Part shown: positions 10,883-20,511 of the stretch, in pieces
How the letters are laid out: each line of letters opens with the position of its first letter
Position numbering within the stretch: position 1 is the first letter of the stretch
NCBI GenBank assembly: GCA_035548375.1
Contig: DASZTG010000094.1
Span: forward strand, 283-64,282
Reading direction: 5' to 3'
Source of the DNA: Burkholderiales bacterium
Lineage (GTDB): Bacteria; Pseudomonadota; Gammaproteobacteria; Burkholderiales; JACQAP01
Length of the DNA: 64,000 nt
Position numbers and translations under genes: made by a program
Notes under the pieces: model-generated
Databases searched by the model: none
What the model saw: the letters and a program-made list of their open reading frames with translations, nothing else
Told to the model about the DNA's origin: nothing

Positions 10883-11857
10883 TCAGGTGTCCGGCGCGAT
10901 CCGGTAAATGTTCTTGCCCGCGCGCTTGGCTTCGTAGAGCGCCGCGTCCGCGGCCTTCATGAGCGCGTCGACATCCTTGCCGCTTTGCGGATAAATGCCG
11001 ATGCCGATGCTGATCGTGACAGCCAGCGATTTCGCATCCAGGTCGTAGGGTTTCGAAACCGCGCCGAGGATCTTTTGTGCCATGCCCATGGCGTCGCCGG
11101 TACTGTGGATGTGCGGAAGCGTCACCACGAACTCGTCCCCGCCCAACCGCGCCACCGTATCCTCCTCGCGCACCGCGCCGGACAGCCTTCGCGAAACCGC
11201 TTTCAGCAGCGCGTCGCCGGCGGCATGCCCGTGCATGTCATTGATGGACTTGAAGCCGTCCAGGTCCAGGTACATGATCGCCATGCATCCCTTGCCGCGC
11301 TTCGCCTGGGCGATCGCCATGGCCAGGCGATCGAGTAGCAGGCGCCGGTTCGCCATGCCGGTGAGCGGATCGTGCAGCGCGAGCGCTTCCAGCATCCTGG
11401 CGTGCTCGCGCGATTCCTCGTGCAGCAGGCGCACCTCGAGCAGGTTGTTGACGCGGGTCAGGAACTCCGGCGGATCGAAGGGCTTGCTGATGAAATCCTT
11501 GGCACCGCTTTCGAGCGCCCGCAGCTTGTGGCTGGGCTGCCCGGTCAGCGCCAGCACCGGCAGGTAGCTTCCGGCCTCGATCGGGCGCAGGCCCTCCATG
11601 ACGTCGAAGCCGTCCATCTCCGGCATCTGCAGGTCGAGGATGATCAACGAGTAACGCTTGGCCCGATGCAGGTCGCTGACCGCATGCGGGTCGCTCGTGG
11701 CGTCGACGCAAACATAGCCTGCGGTCTTGAGCATCTGCTCGATGAGCAGCAGGTTCTGCTCATCGTCGTCCACGACGAGTATGCTTGCATTGCGTATTTT
11801 TCCGGCATCTACCATGACTTCAGAGCGAGGATTTTCCGTTGAATTGGCCGATTGCAT
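10883..11857 (-). CDS. Response regulator receiver + GGDEF diguanylate cyclase
   Basis: REC domain (ILVVDDDEQN, IILDLQMPEMDG) plus GGDEF domain (RLGGDEFVV). The start is ambiguous (ATG 11857 or 11815). Confidence 0.85.
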   Translation of the reverse strand: MQSANSTENPRSEVMVDAGKIRNASILVVDDDEQNLLLIEQMLKTAGYVCVDATSDPHAVSDLHRAKRYSLIILDLQMPEMDGFDVMEGLRPIEAGSYLPVLALTGQPSHKLRALESGAKDFISKPFDPPEFLTRVNNLLEVRLLHEESREHARMLEALALHDPLTGMANRRLLLDRLAMAIAQAKRGKGCMAIMYLDLDGFKSINDMHGHAAGDALLKAVSRRLSGAVREEDTVARLGGDEFVVTLPHIHSTGDAMGMAQKILGAVSKPYDLDAKSLAVTISIGIGIYPQSGKDVDALMKAADAALYEAKRAGKNIYRIAPDT

Positions 11858-12010
11858 TCGAGCCCGGATGGCACCGGACCCACCGCCCCTGCATGGGCCA
11901 CGAACGGCCGAAAGAGTTCCCGTTGCAGGCAGGTTCGCGATCACGGAGCGCACCGCCGGGAGATCCAGGCGGCCCGGCCCGTTGTTGCCTACGACCGACT
12001 ACGGCACCCG

Positions 12011-12754
12011 ATGAAAATCGCCACCTGGAACGTTAACGGCATCCGCGCCCGCCAGGCGCAGTTTTGCGAATGGTTGGATCGCGAGCGCCCCGACGTCGTC
12101 TGCCTGCAGGAATTGAAGGCGGAGCCGGCGCAGATTCCGCATCAATGCCACCACGAGGACTACCACGTCTTCTGGCACGGCCTGCGCGCCTATTCCGGCG
12201 TGTCGCTGCACGTGCGCAAGGGACTGTTTTCCACCGAGCCCGTCTTCAGCCATCCGTCATTCGACATGGAATCGCGCATCGTGCAGGCGCAGTTCGGAAA
12301 TCTCCTGCTGGCTTGCGTCTATGTGCCCAACGGCGGCAAGGACTATGAAGCGAAGCTGCGATTCCTGGCAAACCTCGCCGCCTGGACAAAACAGGTGCAC
12401 GACGACGGGCAGGAGTTGGTGCTGTGCGGCGACATGAACGTCACGCGCAACGACATGGACGTGCATCCGAAGGAGAGGAAGGCCGGCGTCATCGGCCAGC
12501 GGGAAGATGAACGCGCGCTGTTCGAGCAACTGCTCGGCGGGCACCTGGTCGACGTTGGGCGCGCGCTGGATCCCGACAATCCCAACCTGTTCACCTGGTG
12601 GGCGCCGTGGCGCAACATGCGCGCGCGCAACATCGGCTGGCGCATCGATTACATCCTCGCCTCGCCCGGCATCGCAGCGAAGGCCACGCAGTGCACGGTG
12701 CTGGCGGATTTTGGCACCAGCGACCACGCGCCGGTGATGATGACCACTTCCTAG
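12011..12754 (+). CDS. xth: Exodeoxyribonuclease III (AP endonuclease)
   Basis: MKIATWNVNGIRAR, DVVCLQELK and SDHAPV are ExoIII family hallmarks. ATG 12011 lies inside a longer ORF. Confidence 0.9.
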   Translation: MKIATWNVNGIRARQAQFCEWLDRERPDVVCLQELKAEPAQIPHQCHHEDYHVFWHGLRAYSGVSLHVRKGLFSTEPVFSHPSFDMESRIVQAQFGNLLLACVYVPNGGKDYEAKLRFLANLAAWTKQVHDDGQELVLCGDMNVTRNDMDVHPKERKAGVIGQREDERALFEQLLGGHLVDVGRALDPDNPNLFTWWAPWRNMRARNIGWRIDYILASPGIAAKATQCTVLADFGTSDHAPVMMTTS

Positions 12755-12760
12755 GGGCGG

Positions 12761-14038
12761 CTACGCTTCCTCGACGGGCTCCGGCCCGCGAGTCAACGTC
12801 GGAGTGGAAATCTTCACTACGCTGCCGCTGCGCGCCGACTCGTAGATCGCCTCGATGATGCGCATGTCCTGCAAGCCCTCCTCGCCGGGCGTGTGCGGCT
12901 TCACGTCGTTGCGAATGCACCAGGACATGTGGTCGATCTCCGCCACGAATTGATCGACCGGGTCGATGCGCGGCACCTGCAGGATTTCCTCGCCGTTCTC
13001 CACCCGCCCGATGCGCATTTCGAGTCCGTGATAGGAGAAGGCCGGATTCATCTCCGCCCACGCCTCCGACCCGTGCACGCGGAAAAACTGCGACCGATGC
13101 GTGGCAAAGCTGGTCGCACAGGTCGCGGTCAGTCCGCTCGGGAAGCGCAGGATGAAATGCGCGGACTCTTCGACTTCCTGGAAACGCGGATCGCTGGTGC
13201 GGCGATACGCCGACCCGGTGACCTCGAAGGGTTCCTCGCCAGACAGGAAACGTGCGGCGTTGATCGAGTAGATGCCCAGGTCGGCAAGCGGGCCGCCGCC
13301 GGAGAGTTCGTGCTTCAGGCGCCACTGCCCGGGATCGCCCACGTTCTGGGAATTCACGGAGACGAACTCCCGCAGTTCGCCCAGCTTCTTGTCGCGGATC
13401 ATCTTGACGATCGCGCGATCCATGGGCTCGTACTGGCTACGGTACGCGATCATCAGTTTCTTTTTCGCCGCCTCGCAGGCCGCGATCATGGTTTCGCACT
13501 GGCGCACGCTGATCGCCATCGGCTTCTCGCACAGGACATGCTTGCCGGCGCGCGCCGCGCGGATCGTGAATTCGGCGTGCATGCCGTTCGGCAGGGCAAT
13601 GTATACGGCGTCGACTTCCGGGTTGTCGGCGAGCTGGCCGTAGTTGCCGTAGTCATAGATCGAGTCCGGCCTGACCGCGTACTGGCGCGCAACCTTGCCG
13701 GCCTTGTCCGCGTCACCGCTGACCAGTGCCACCACCCGCGAACGCTTCGATTTGGCGATTGCCGGCAGCACCTCGCCGATCGCGAGGCGCCCCAGGCCGA
13801 CTACTGCGTAACCCACCCGCTTGGGTGGCGGCTCCTTCGGCGTGACCGCTTTCTCGGGCTTTTCGGTAGGCGCCTGGATCGGCGGCATCTCGATGCGGTC
13901 TTCCTCGGCCGCTGACGCGATCAGGCTGCGCGATGCAAGCGCACCTGCCAAGCCACCTCCGAGGTACCCCAGAAATGAGCGCCGCGGCATGCCATCGGGC
14001 GCCGCCTGGCTCGTTTCGTCGATGGATTCTTCAGCCAT
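12761..14038 (-). CDS. Gfo/Idh/MocA family oxidoreductase with Tat signal (glucose-fructose oxidoreductase-like)
   Basis: Twin-arginine motif MPRRSFLGYLGG, Rossmann VGYAVVGLGRLA, and a Gfo/Idh/MocA C-terminal domain. Confidence 0.85.
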   Translation of the reverse strand: MAEESIDETSQAAPDGMPRRSFLGYLGGGLAGALASRSLIASAAEEDRIEMPPIQAPTEKPEKAVTPKEPPPKRVGYAVVGLGRLAIGEVLPAIAKSKRSRVVALVSGDADKAGKVARQYAVRPDSIYDYGNYGQLADNPEVDAVYIALPNGMHAEFTIRAARAGKHVLCEKPMAISVRQCETMIAACEAAKKKLMIAYRSQYEPMDRAIVKMIRDKKLGELREFVSVNSQNVGDPGQWRLKHELSGGGPLADLGIYSINAARFLSGEEPFEVTGSAYRRTSDPRFQEVEESAHFILRFPSGLTATCATSFATHRSQFFRVHGSEAWAEMNPAFSYHGLEMRIGRVENGEEILQVPRIDPVDQFVAEIDHMSWCIRNDVKPHTPGEEGLQDMRIIEAIYESARSGSVVKISTPTLTRGPEPVEEA

Positions 14039-14266
14039 GTTCACTCCTGTTGTCGCGATGCGGCGACTGGCCAGAGGCGCGATTCGCCGCATTCGGTGAA
14101 TCTGGGACGCCCCGGCGCGCCGGAAGTTTTGTGACGACACAAATGTTGCAGGAACGTCGCGCAATGACGACGTGGCCCTGCATTGCCCCTGGACATGTCG
14201 TGTACCGCGAGGAACCGACTGCCGCCTTCGCTGTCGACCTTCGAGTCGCGACCGAGGAGGACATCA

Positions 14267-14572
14267 ATGGACTTGAACACGCGAACCGACAGGGCCAGCC
14301 GCGGCGCGGCCAATATCATGCACACCATCCGTGACCAGTTGATCAAGCGCGGACGCCGGCCCGAGGAGATTACGCTGGCCTGGTTTCCAGACCCGGACAA
14401 GGTTCCCCTGCCTGAGGCGCCGGAACTGAAGGCAATCATGGCCGGCGGCTCGAGCGTGCGCCAGATGTTCTCGACCGAAGAACTCGAAGTCTCCAGCCAG
14501 CGGCTGGAACGCGACTCGGTGCTGGCGAAAATCAACCTTATCGTGGAGAGCCTGCATGCCGGGTTACCGTAA
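14267..14572 (+). CDS. Hypothetical protein (101 aa)
   Basis: SD gaggagga lies upstream of ATG 14267. Codons are GC3-rich. No domain recognised. Confidence 0.45.
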   Translation: MDLNTRTDRASRGAANIMHTIRDQLIKRGRRPEEITLAWFPDPDKVPLPEAPELKAIMAGGSSVRQMFSTEELEVSSQRLERDSVLAKINLIVESLHAGLP

Positions 14573-14579
14573 CGAAAGC

Positions 14580-14654
14580 GGGAAGGGTGGAGGGTGCCCG
14601 ACTTCGCTGGATACAGGGCTTCGCCCATAAAGGGGGAAGGGGGAAAGGGGAAGG
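14580..14654 (+). repeat. Purine/G-run-rich tract in convergent intergenic region
   Basis: GGGAAGGGTGGAGGGTG (14580-14596) and AGGGGGAAGGGGGAAAGGGGAAGG (14631-14654) lie between the stops of 14267..14572 and the ThuA gene. Confidence 0.4.
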
Positions 14655-14697
14655 CAGGTTGGAATTCCCGGGGATTTTCCGGTTCACCGATTGCGAT

Positions 14698-15450
14698 TCA
14701 TCGTCTTCCCTCGGCACCGGCCGCCCACAGGATGCCGCCGCGCAAGTGTTCGCGAAACAGTGGTTCGCCGTAGGCTTCGCCGCCATGGCCGAGTGCTGTG
14801 TACCACGCGCGGCCGCCATCGTATTCGTGGCACCAGGCCACCGGATGGTTTGCGCCCATGCGGCCGCCGCGATAGGACCTTTCGTCGATGCGAATCAGGA
14901 TCGTTAGACCGGGATCGGGATCGTTTCGAAAGTCATACCATTCATCCACGCGCTTCCAGCTGATGGGCAAATTCCGCGTCGACGGATGCGATGCGTCCGT
15001 AACCTCCAGCCTGGCCTGCTGGATCGCAGGATGCCGCTTGAAGTAATTCCCCACCAATGCGCCGTACCACGGCCACTCATAGCCCGAGTCGGTCGCGGCA
15101 TGGATGCCGACGAAGGCGCCGCCGTGACGGACGTATCGCTCGAATGCGGCGCGTTCTTCCGCATCCAGCACTTCGCCGGTCGTGCTCAGGAAAATGACTT
15201 CGCGATACCGCGCGAGATTGGCATCGTTGAACGCCTTGCCGTCTTCCGTCGCGTCGACCGAGAAATTGTCCTGATCGCCCAGGGCACGAATGGCTTCTAT
15301 GCCCGCGGGAATCGAATCGTGCCGGTAACCCGCCGTCTTCGAAAATACCAGCACCGCGAACAGCGGGCCATTGTCGGCGCGGGCGGAAGCCTTCGGCATG
15401 ATCCCAGCCAGCAGGATCGACAGCAGGAACATCGACAGCCGATGGCGCAC
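14698..15450 (-). CDS. ThuA domain protein (secreted)
   Basis: LVFSKTAGYRHDSIP, GGAFVGIHAA and WYDF are ThuA-like. A signal peptide is present. GTG 15450 is preceded by gaggaga. Confidence 0.8.
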   Translation of the reverse strand: MRHRLSMFLLSILLAGIMPKASARADNGPLFAVLVFSKTAGYRHDSIPAGIEAIRALGDQDNFSVDATEDGKAFNDANLARYREVIFLSTTGEVLDAEERAAFERYVRHGGAFVGIHAATDSGYEWPWYGALVGNYFKRHPAIQQARLEVTDASHPSTRNLPISWKRVDEWYDFRNDPDPGLTILIRIDERSYRGGRMGANHPVAWCHEYDGGRAWYTALGHGGEAYGEPLFREHLRGGILWAAGAEGRR

Positions 15451-15466
15451 TTGATATCTCCTCGAA

Positions 15467-16336
15467 TCAGGACGCCGGCCTGAGCAGTACATAGGCCGAG
15501 AACCTGCGCATCTCGAGCCTGCGCTCGGGCGGTGCCAGCATGCTGAGGATGCGAAAAACGATGCGCGCAGGTAATGGGAACGGCGGCGCGCGGCCGCGCC
15601 GGTCGCCCTCGTCGGTCAGGTAACGGATCGTCTCCGCTTCCCAGCCGTGTCCGCGGAAAAACGCGAACCAGTCGTCGGGATCGAACTTGAACGGCGCGTT
15701 GCGCATCTTCTCGTTCATCCGGGTGCGCTTGCGGAATTTCATCGCCTCCTTCGAGAAATAATCCAGCAGCCAGTGCCGCATATTCGCGTTCGCACGCAAG
15801 TCGCCGGCGAGTTCGCCGGCTTCCTCGACGCCCAGGTAAGGCACCACGCCCTCGGTCAGCACCAGGATGTTCCCGAAGCGTGCGTTTACGTCTGCAAGGA
15901 AGGCCTTGCGCGCGGACGGTTCGGCAAGATCGATTTTCACGCGATCGAGCTTGCAGCGAGGTTTCGCGGCCGCCAGATTTTCTTGCTTGTATTCCACGAC
16001 GCGCGCGTAGTCCGCCTCTATCCACTGCAGCGAAGCGGGCAGCTCCAGGCGATAAGGCCTCGCATCCAGGCCCGCGCCGAGGTTCAGCACGCAATCGGCG
16101 CCGGTTCGCACCGCCGCCAGGATGATGTCGTCGATGATGACGGTGCGCATCGCGATCAACCACGCCGTCATGCGCGCCGCCGGCATGCCGGCGGCTATCC
16201 TTGCGCCGCGTTCGCTGGCCAGGCGCCCGGCGAAAGGATCGCGAAACAGGGCATCGGCGCGCGCGGATTCCTGTGCGCGATAATGCGCAACCCAGAATGC
16301 GGTGTCGGAAACGTCGTTGATCAGGGGTTCTTCCAT
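15467..16336 (-). CDS. Class I SAM-dependent O-methyltransferase (LCM/TcmP-type)
   Basis: DTAFWVAHYRA and VLNLGAGLDARPYRL. Start taken at MEEPLINDV (ATG 16336). Confidence 0.8.
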   Translation of the reverse strand: MEEPLINDVSDTAFWVAHYRAQESARADALFRDPFAGRLASERGARIAAGMPAARMTAWLIAMRTVIIDDIILAAVRTGADCVLNLGAGLDARPYRLELPASLQWIEADYARVVEYKQENLAAAKPRCKLDRVKIDLAEPSARKAFLADVNARFGNILVLTEGVVPYLGVEEAGELAGDLRANANMRHWLLDYFSKEAMKFRKRTRMNEKMRNAPFKFDPDDWFAFFRGHGWEAETIRYLTDEGDRRGRAPPFPLPARIVFRILSMLAPPERRLEMRRFSAYVLLRPAS

Positions 16337-16424
16337 GGATACATTATGCAGCGCGGCCAGCCGTGCCGCCCAACCGATCACGAACCGAGCATGCCAGTCG
16401 ATCTGAAAGCTGACAAACCCGAAA

Positions 16425-16715
16425 GTGAAAGCGGCCATCGAAGCCCTGCAAGCTGGCGATCGCAACACGTGGTCGGCGCTGTTTGAACCGGATGCCAAGC
16501 TGTACGACGACGGCTTGCCGCGCAGCCTGGAAAAATACACGATGGATGCGCTCGGACACGAGCGATTCACTTCGATCGACACGGTCGAGACCGGCGGGCT
16601 CGACCTGACGGGCGCCTTTCATTCCGACCAATGGGGTGACTTCCGAACCTATCTCCGGTTCAAACTATCGTCATCCGGAAAAATCGCGAGACTCGACATC
16701 GGCCGGGCGGACTGA
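16425..16715 (+). CDS. Small NTF2/SnoaL-like protein (tentative)
   Basis: GTG start, 96 aa. Weak NTF2-like pattern WSALFEPDAKLYDDG. The call is tentative. Confidence 0.5.
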   Translation: MKAAIEALQAGDRNTWSALFEPDAKLYDDGLPRSLEKYTMDALGHERFTSIDTVETGGLDLTGAFHSDQWGDFRTYLRFKLSSSGKIARLDIGRAD

Positions 16716-16729
16716 AGGAGGAGGAATCC

Positions 16730-16990
16730 ATGCATACCGTCATCGTCATCTGCACGGGATTCGTGCTGCTCGGCCTGTGCGCGGTGGTCGGCTACCTGTA
16801 TGGCGGGAAGCCGGCACTGGCGCCGGCCGTGCTCGCATTCCTGCCGATCTGGCTGGCCGGCGCCGGCTTCAACATGGTCATGGGCGTGAAAAGCGCGGGC
16901 TACTCCGTTGCGGAAGAAACGCCGATGTTCTTCCTGGTATTCGGCATGCCGGCCATCGTGGCAATCGGCCTGTGGTGGTGGCTGCGCTGA
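16730..16990 (+). CDS. Small integral membrane protein (86 aa)
   Basis: SD ggaggagga upstream. Three hydrophobic helices. Only a 14-nt gap from the upstream gene. Confidence 0.55.
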   Translation: MHTVIVICTGFVLLGLCAVVGYLYGGKPALAPAVLAFLPIWLAGAGFNMVMGVKSAGYSVAEETPMFFLVFGMPAIVAIGLWWWLR

Positions 16991-17032
16991 CCTTCCCCGG
17001 CTGGTCCGGCAGCAGCCGTATCGCGACGCGCG

Positions 17033-19261
17033 TCAGTACGACACCCGCAGCGTAAGCGAGTAGTTCGCCGGCGCACCGTAGTAGGTGTTGTCATACTGGT
17101 CCAGCACGTAGAACTTGCGGTCGAAAATATTGTTGCCGTTGAACTGGACCGACACATTGGGCGTGAACTGGTAGCGGGCCATCACGGCAACCTGGGCGAA
17201 ACTGCCCTGGTTCAATACGGTCGCTCCGCCGGGCGAGGCCACCACGGTGTTGGTGGCGGATTGCCAGTTCACGCCGGCGCCCAGGGTCAGGTGCTCGACC
17301 ATCCTCCTCGGCTCCCATGTCGCGAACATGCGCACCATCGTGCTGGGCACGAAGGTTTGCGCGCGCTGGTCCATGGCATCGCGGATCTGGTAGTAGGTCC
17401 AACCGAACGAAGCCTGCAATTCGCTGGTCAGCCGGCCCGCCAACTCGATTTCGACGCCCCTGGTGCGAATGCCGTCCACGGCCTCGGAAACGGCAGATCC
17501 GTCGGGCAGCAAGACCGGATCACCGGTACCCGGATCGGTTACCGCCTGCGCAACATTGTTCTGGCGCGTCTCGAATACGGTGATCGCGGTGTTGAGCCGG
17601 CGATCGAAGTGCTCGCCTTTGAGGCCGACCTCGTAGCTACGGCCGTCGACCGGATCGAGGTAGTGGCCATTGATGTCGCGCTTGTTCTGGGGATTGAAAA
17701 TGCCGGTGTAGCTCGCGAACGCGGAGTACTGGGGCAGGAAGTCCCACACCAGGCCCGCGTAGGGAATTGCTTTCGAAAAATCGTACTGCGAATTGAAAGG
17801 CGTGTCGTAGACGTAGAACGAGTCGACCTTCCACCATGCGTAGCGCGCGCCCGCGATGACGTGCAAGGGATCGGCGACGTTGAACCGGGCGGCGGCGTAG
17901 ACGGCCTGCTGGTCGGTCTTGATATCGCTGAGCGGCGTTGCCGGCCCGAATTCCGGTCGCGGATAGCTGCCGTCCCACGCGAAGAAATTCCCGGTGGGCG
18001 GCAATGTGCCCACAGTGGCGTTTTCGGTACCGGTGTTCTTGGCCCGCGACACGTTGAGGCCGCCGACGAGATCGTGCTTGCGTCCCGCGAGCTCGAACGG
18101 GCCGGACGCATAGAGGTCCAGCTCGTTCTCGGTGATCTTGTTCTGGCTCTTGTACGCGAACGGGTCGAGGCCGAGGCCGGTCGCCGGATCCGGAAATCCG
18201 AAGACGTAAAAGAGCTCGAGGTCTTCCTTGAATACCCGGCTGCTCAGGGTCGAGCGCAACAACCAGCCGTTGTCGAACGTATGGCTCAACTCGCCGAATA
18301 TCGTTTGCGTCCGTTTTTTCCAGTAGGTCCAGTCCGTGGCCGTCGTCACCGAGCGCGGCCAGTCCTGCAGGTGACCGTCTGAAAGAAACAGCGGGAAAGA
18401 TCCCCAGGTATTCGATTTCGGGCGGTTGTCGAGATAGTCGAATCCGAGCGACACGCGCGTGTCGGGCGTCAGGTCGGCATCGATGATGCCGTACACCGCG
18501 TACTTCTTCTTCTCGTATAGCGCCTGGTAGGAGTCGGTATCCTCGGCTGCCGCGACGAAGCGGCCGCGAACGCTGCCGTCCTGGTTCAGCGGCATCGACG
18601 CATCGACGGTCGCGCGGCCGTATTGCCAAGACCCGCCCGTCAAGTCCAGCGAGATCGCTGGCACCTTGCTGTCGGCATGCTTGCGCACGAGATTGATCGA
18701 TGCAGCGGGATTTCCGGTGCCCGTCATCAGTCCGGTCGCCCCGCGCACGATCTCGATGCGCTCGTAAGGGGCCATGTCTATGGTTTCGTCGATCGACCCG
18801 GTGTCGAAGTTCGGGATGGCCGGAACGCCGTCGTACATCAGGTTGTCGATCAGGAAGCCGCGCGAATAGAACAGCACGCGTTCGGTATCGTAGGCGTTGG
18901 AGTAGATGCCGGGCGTGTTGTCCAGCACCTGTCGCATCGACGTCAAGCCCTGGTCGTCCAGGCGCTCGCGCGTCATCACCGTCAGCGATTGCGGCGTTTC
19001 GCGCGGCGACAGGCTCAGCCTGGTCGCGGACGAACTCTCTTCGACGGAGTAGCCCTCCCCCCGCGGCGCGGCCACATCGACGACGTCCAGCACGGGCGTG
19101 TCTTGTTGATTGGGAGCTGCCGGCGAGGCCGGCTCCGCAGCGCTGGTTTGCGCCGTGGCGTTGAAGGCAAAGGCCGCGCCGAGAGCGACAAGCACCGCGT
19201 AAGTGCGAGCGCGGGGATTCGCGCACGATGCGAAAAATACGTCGACGACTGGATGGGTCAT
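17033..19261 (-). CDS. TonB-dependent siderophore receptor
   Basis: Signal peptide, plug region ETPQSLTVMTRERLDDQGLTSMRQVLDNTPG, long beta-barrel, terminal ..LTLRVSY. Confidence 0.9.
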   Translation of the reverse strand: MTHPVVDVFFASCANPRARTYAVLVALGAAFAFNATAQTSAAEPASPAAPNQQDTPVLDVVDVAAPRGEGYSVEESSSATRLSLSPRETPQSLTVMTRERLDDQGLTSMRQVLDNTPGIYSNAYDTERVLFYSRGFLIDNLMYDGVPAIPNFDTGSIDETIDMAPYERIEIVRGATGLMTGTGNPAASINLVRKHADSKVPAISLDLTGGSWQYGRATVDASMPLNQDGSVRGRFVAAAEDTDSYQALYEKKKYAVYGIIDADLTPDTRVSLGFDYLDNRPKSNTWGSFPLFLSDGHLQDWPRSVTTATDWTYWKKRTQTIFGELSHTFDNGWLLRSTLSSRVFKEDLELFYVFGFPDPATGLGLDPFAYKSQNKITENELDLYASGPFELAGRKHDLVGGLNVSRAKNTGTENATVGTLPPTGNFFAWDGSYPRPEFGPATPLSDIKTDQQAVYAAARFNVADPLHVIAGARYAWWKVDSFYVYDTPFNSQYDFSKAIPYAGLVWDFLPQYSAFASYTGIFNPQNKRDINGHYLDPVDGRSYEVGLKGEHFDRRLNTAITVFETRQNNVAQAVTDPGTGDPVLLPDGSAVSEAVDGIRTRGVEIELAGRLTSELQASFGWTYYQIRDAMDQRAQTFVPSTMVRMFATWEPRRMVEHLTLGAGVNWQSATNTVVASPGGATVLNQGSFAQVAVMARYQFTPNVSVQFNGNNIFDRKFYVLDQYDNTYYGAPANYSLTLRVSY

Positions 19262-19478
19262 GGGGCGCTCCGAGGGCCGGTCCGAAAATCACGGGCTGGC
19301 TGGCGCTAAACCCCACGCGTAGCTGGCTGGATACTGAACGAATCACCTTCGCGAAGAAGGCAGGCGGATATTAGCGGGTCGATCCCGCGCTGACAAGACT
19401 CCCCGCGCCGCTCGAATATTCGCTAGCCGGGGCAACGGCGCGTGTGCGGAATGCGAATGCGCGCTGCCACCGCCGGGT

Positions 19479-20399
19479 TCAACGATTCAGGAATTCGACC
19501 AGCTTCGGAACTACGATCTTCGGTGCTTCGTCCATCAGCCAGTGTCCCGATCCCGGCACGATGAACCCTTCGACATGGTCATCGACCATTGCGCCCTGGT
19601 CGATCAGGAACTGGCCGCCCGCCTTTTCTCCGCTCAACACGAGCATCGGCATGGTGAGTTTCGTCTGCGCAAACCCGGCGAAGTCCTTGCCATCCTGCTC
19701 GAACCCCTTGAAGACTTCGAAGCCCGCTCGCATCGCACCCGGCTGCGCGTATTGCTTCGTGTAGAACTGCCGGTCCTTTTCCGACACCGAGTGCTTCGGG
19801 TCTGCTGCGAAATCGTTCCAGAAATGCTCGAAATAAATCCGCTCGCGACCCTTTACCAGCGCAAGCGGCGTCTTGCCGTAGAAGTGGAAGTGCCAGAGGT
19901 CGCGCAGCAGCCAGACCTTGGTCCAGTCGCCCACACCCGGCAGGAAGGCATCCATCAACACGATGCGGTCGACATCCTGCGGATATTGCGCCGCGTAGGC
20001 ATAAGCGACCATCAAGCCGATGTCGTGGCCGACGACTGCCACTTTCGTGTAGCCGAGTTTCCCGGCGAGCGCGTGGATGTCCTGCGCCATAGATTTCTTG
20101 TCGTAGCAGCATTCCGGCTTGGCGGACATGCCGAAGCCGCGCAGGTCGGGCGCGATCACGGTATGCGTCCTGGCAAGCTCGGGAATCAGCGGCAGCCACA
20201 TGTGGCTGGTCTGCGCGTAGCCGTGCAACAGCAGCACCGGGTCGCCCTTGCCGGCGACGAGGTAATGCAGCCGCACGCCGTTGGCTTCCTGGTAGCGGCT
20301 TTCGATCTTGATCGTGTCCGCAAAAGCGGGGGCGATTGCCAGTGCGGCGGAAAGTGCGAGGAAAATGGCGGCGACAAATCTGCGCATTGCGATCTCCAT
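19479..20399 (-). CDS. Secreted alpha/beta hydrolase (epoxide hydrolase / haloacetate dehalogenase-like)
   Basis: Signal peptide. HGYAQTSHMW and GHDIG (Asp nucleophile elbow). ATG 20387 is an alternative start. Confidence 0.85.
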   Translation of the reverse strand: MEIAMRRFVAAIFLALSAALAIAPAFADTIKIESRYQEANGVRLHYLVAGKGDPVLLLHGYAQTSHMWLPLIPELARTHTVIAPDLRGFGMSAKPECCYDKKSMAQDIHALAGKLGYTKVAVVGHDIGLMVAYAYAAQYPQDVDRIVLMDAFLPGVGDWTKVWLLRDLWHFHFYGKTPLALVKGRERIYFEHFWNDFAADPKHSVSEKDRQFYTKQYAQPGAMRAGFEVFKGFEQDGKDFAGFAQTKLTMPMLVLSGEKAGGQFLIDQGAMVDDHVEGFIVPGSGHWLMDEAPKIVVPKLVEFLNR

Positions 20400-20511
20400 G
20401 GAATGAATGAACCTGCCCTGCGGCGCAGTCCGGATGGACAGCACTATAAGCTGAAGGTATCGTCCGGATAAACCTGACATTGCCGAATCCGGTATCCGGA
20501 ATTCCCGAACG

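Noticed and set aside
17261-19346. Long ORFs (373 aa plus strand, 569 aa minus strand in another frame) overlapping the TonB-dependent receptor gene
   Set aside because: The translations are low-complexity and Arg/Pro/Gly-rich. The receptor frame explains the region with clear plug and barrel motifs.
19262-19478. Search for a Fur box upstream of the siderophore receptor (GATACTGAACGAATCAC; 10-bp palindrome CGAATATTCG at 19413-19422; GAATGCGAATGC repeat)
   Set aside because: The best candidate matches the 19-bp Fur consensus at fewer than half of the positions without gaps. The palindrome has no resemblance to known Fur or iron-regulator sites. This is not enough to call a site.
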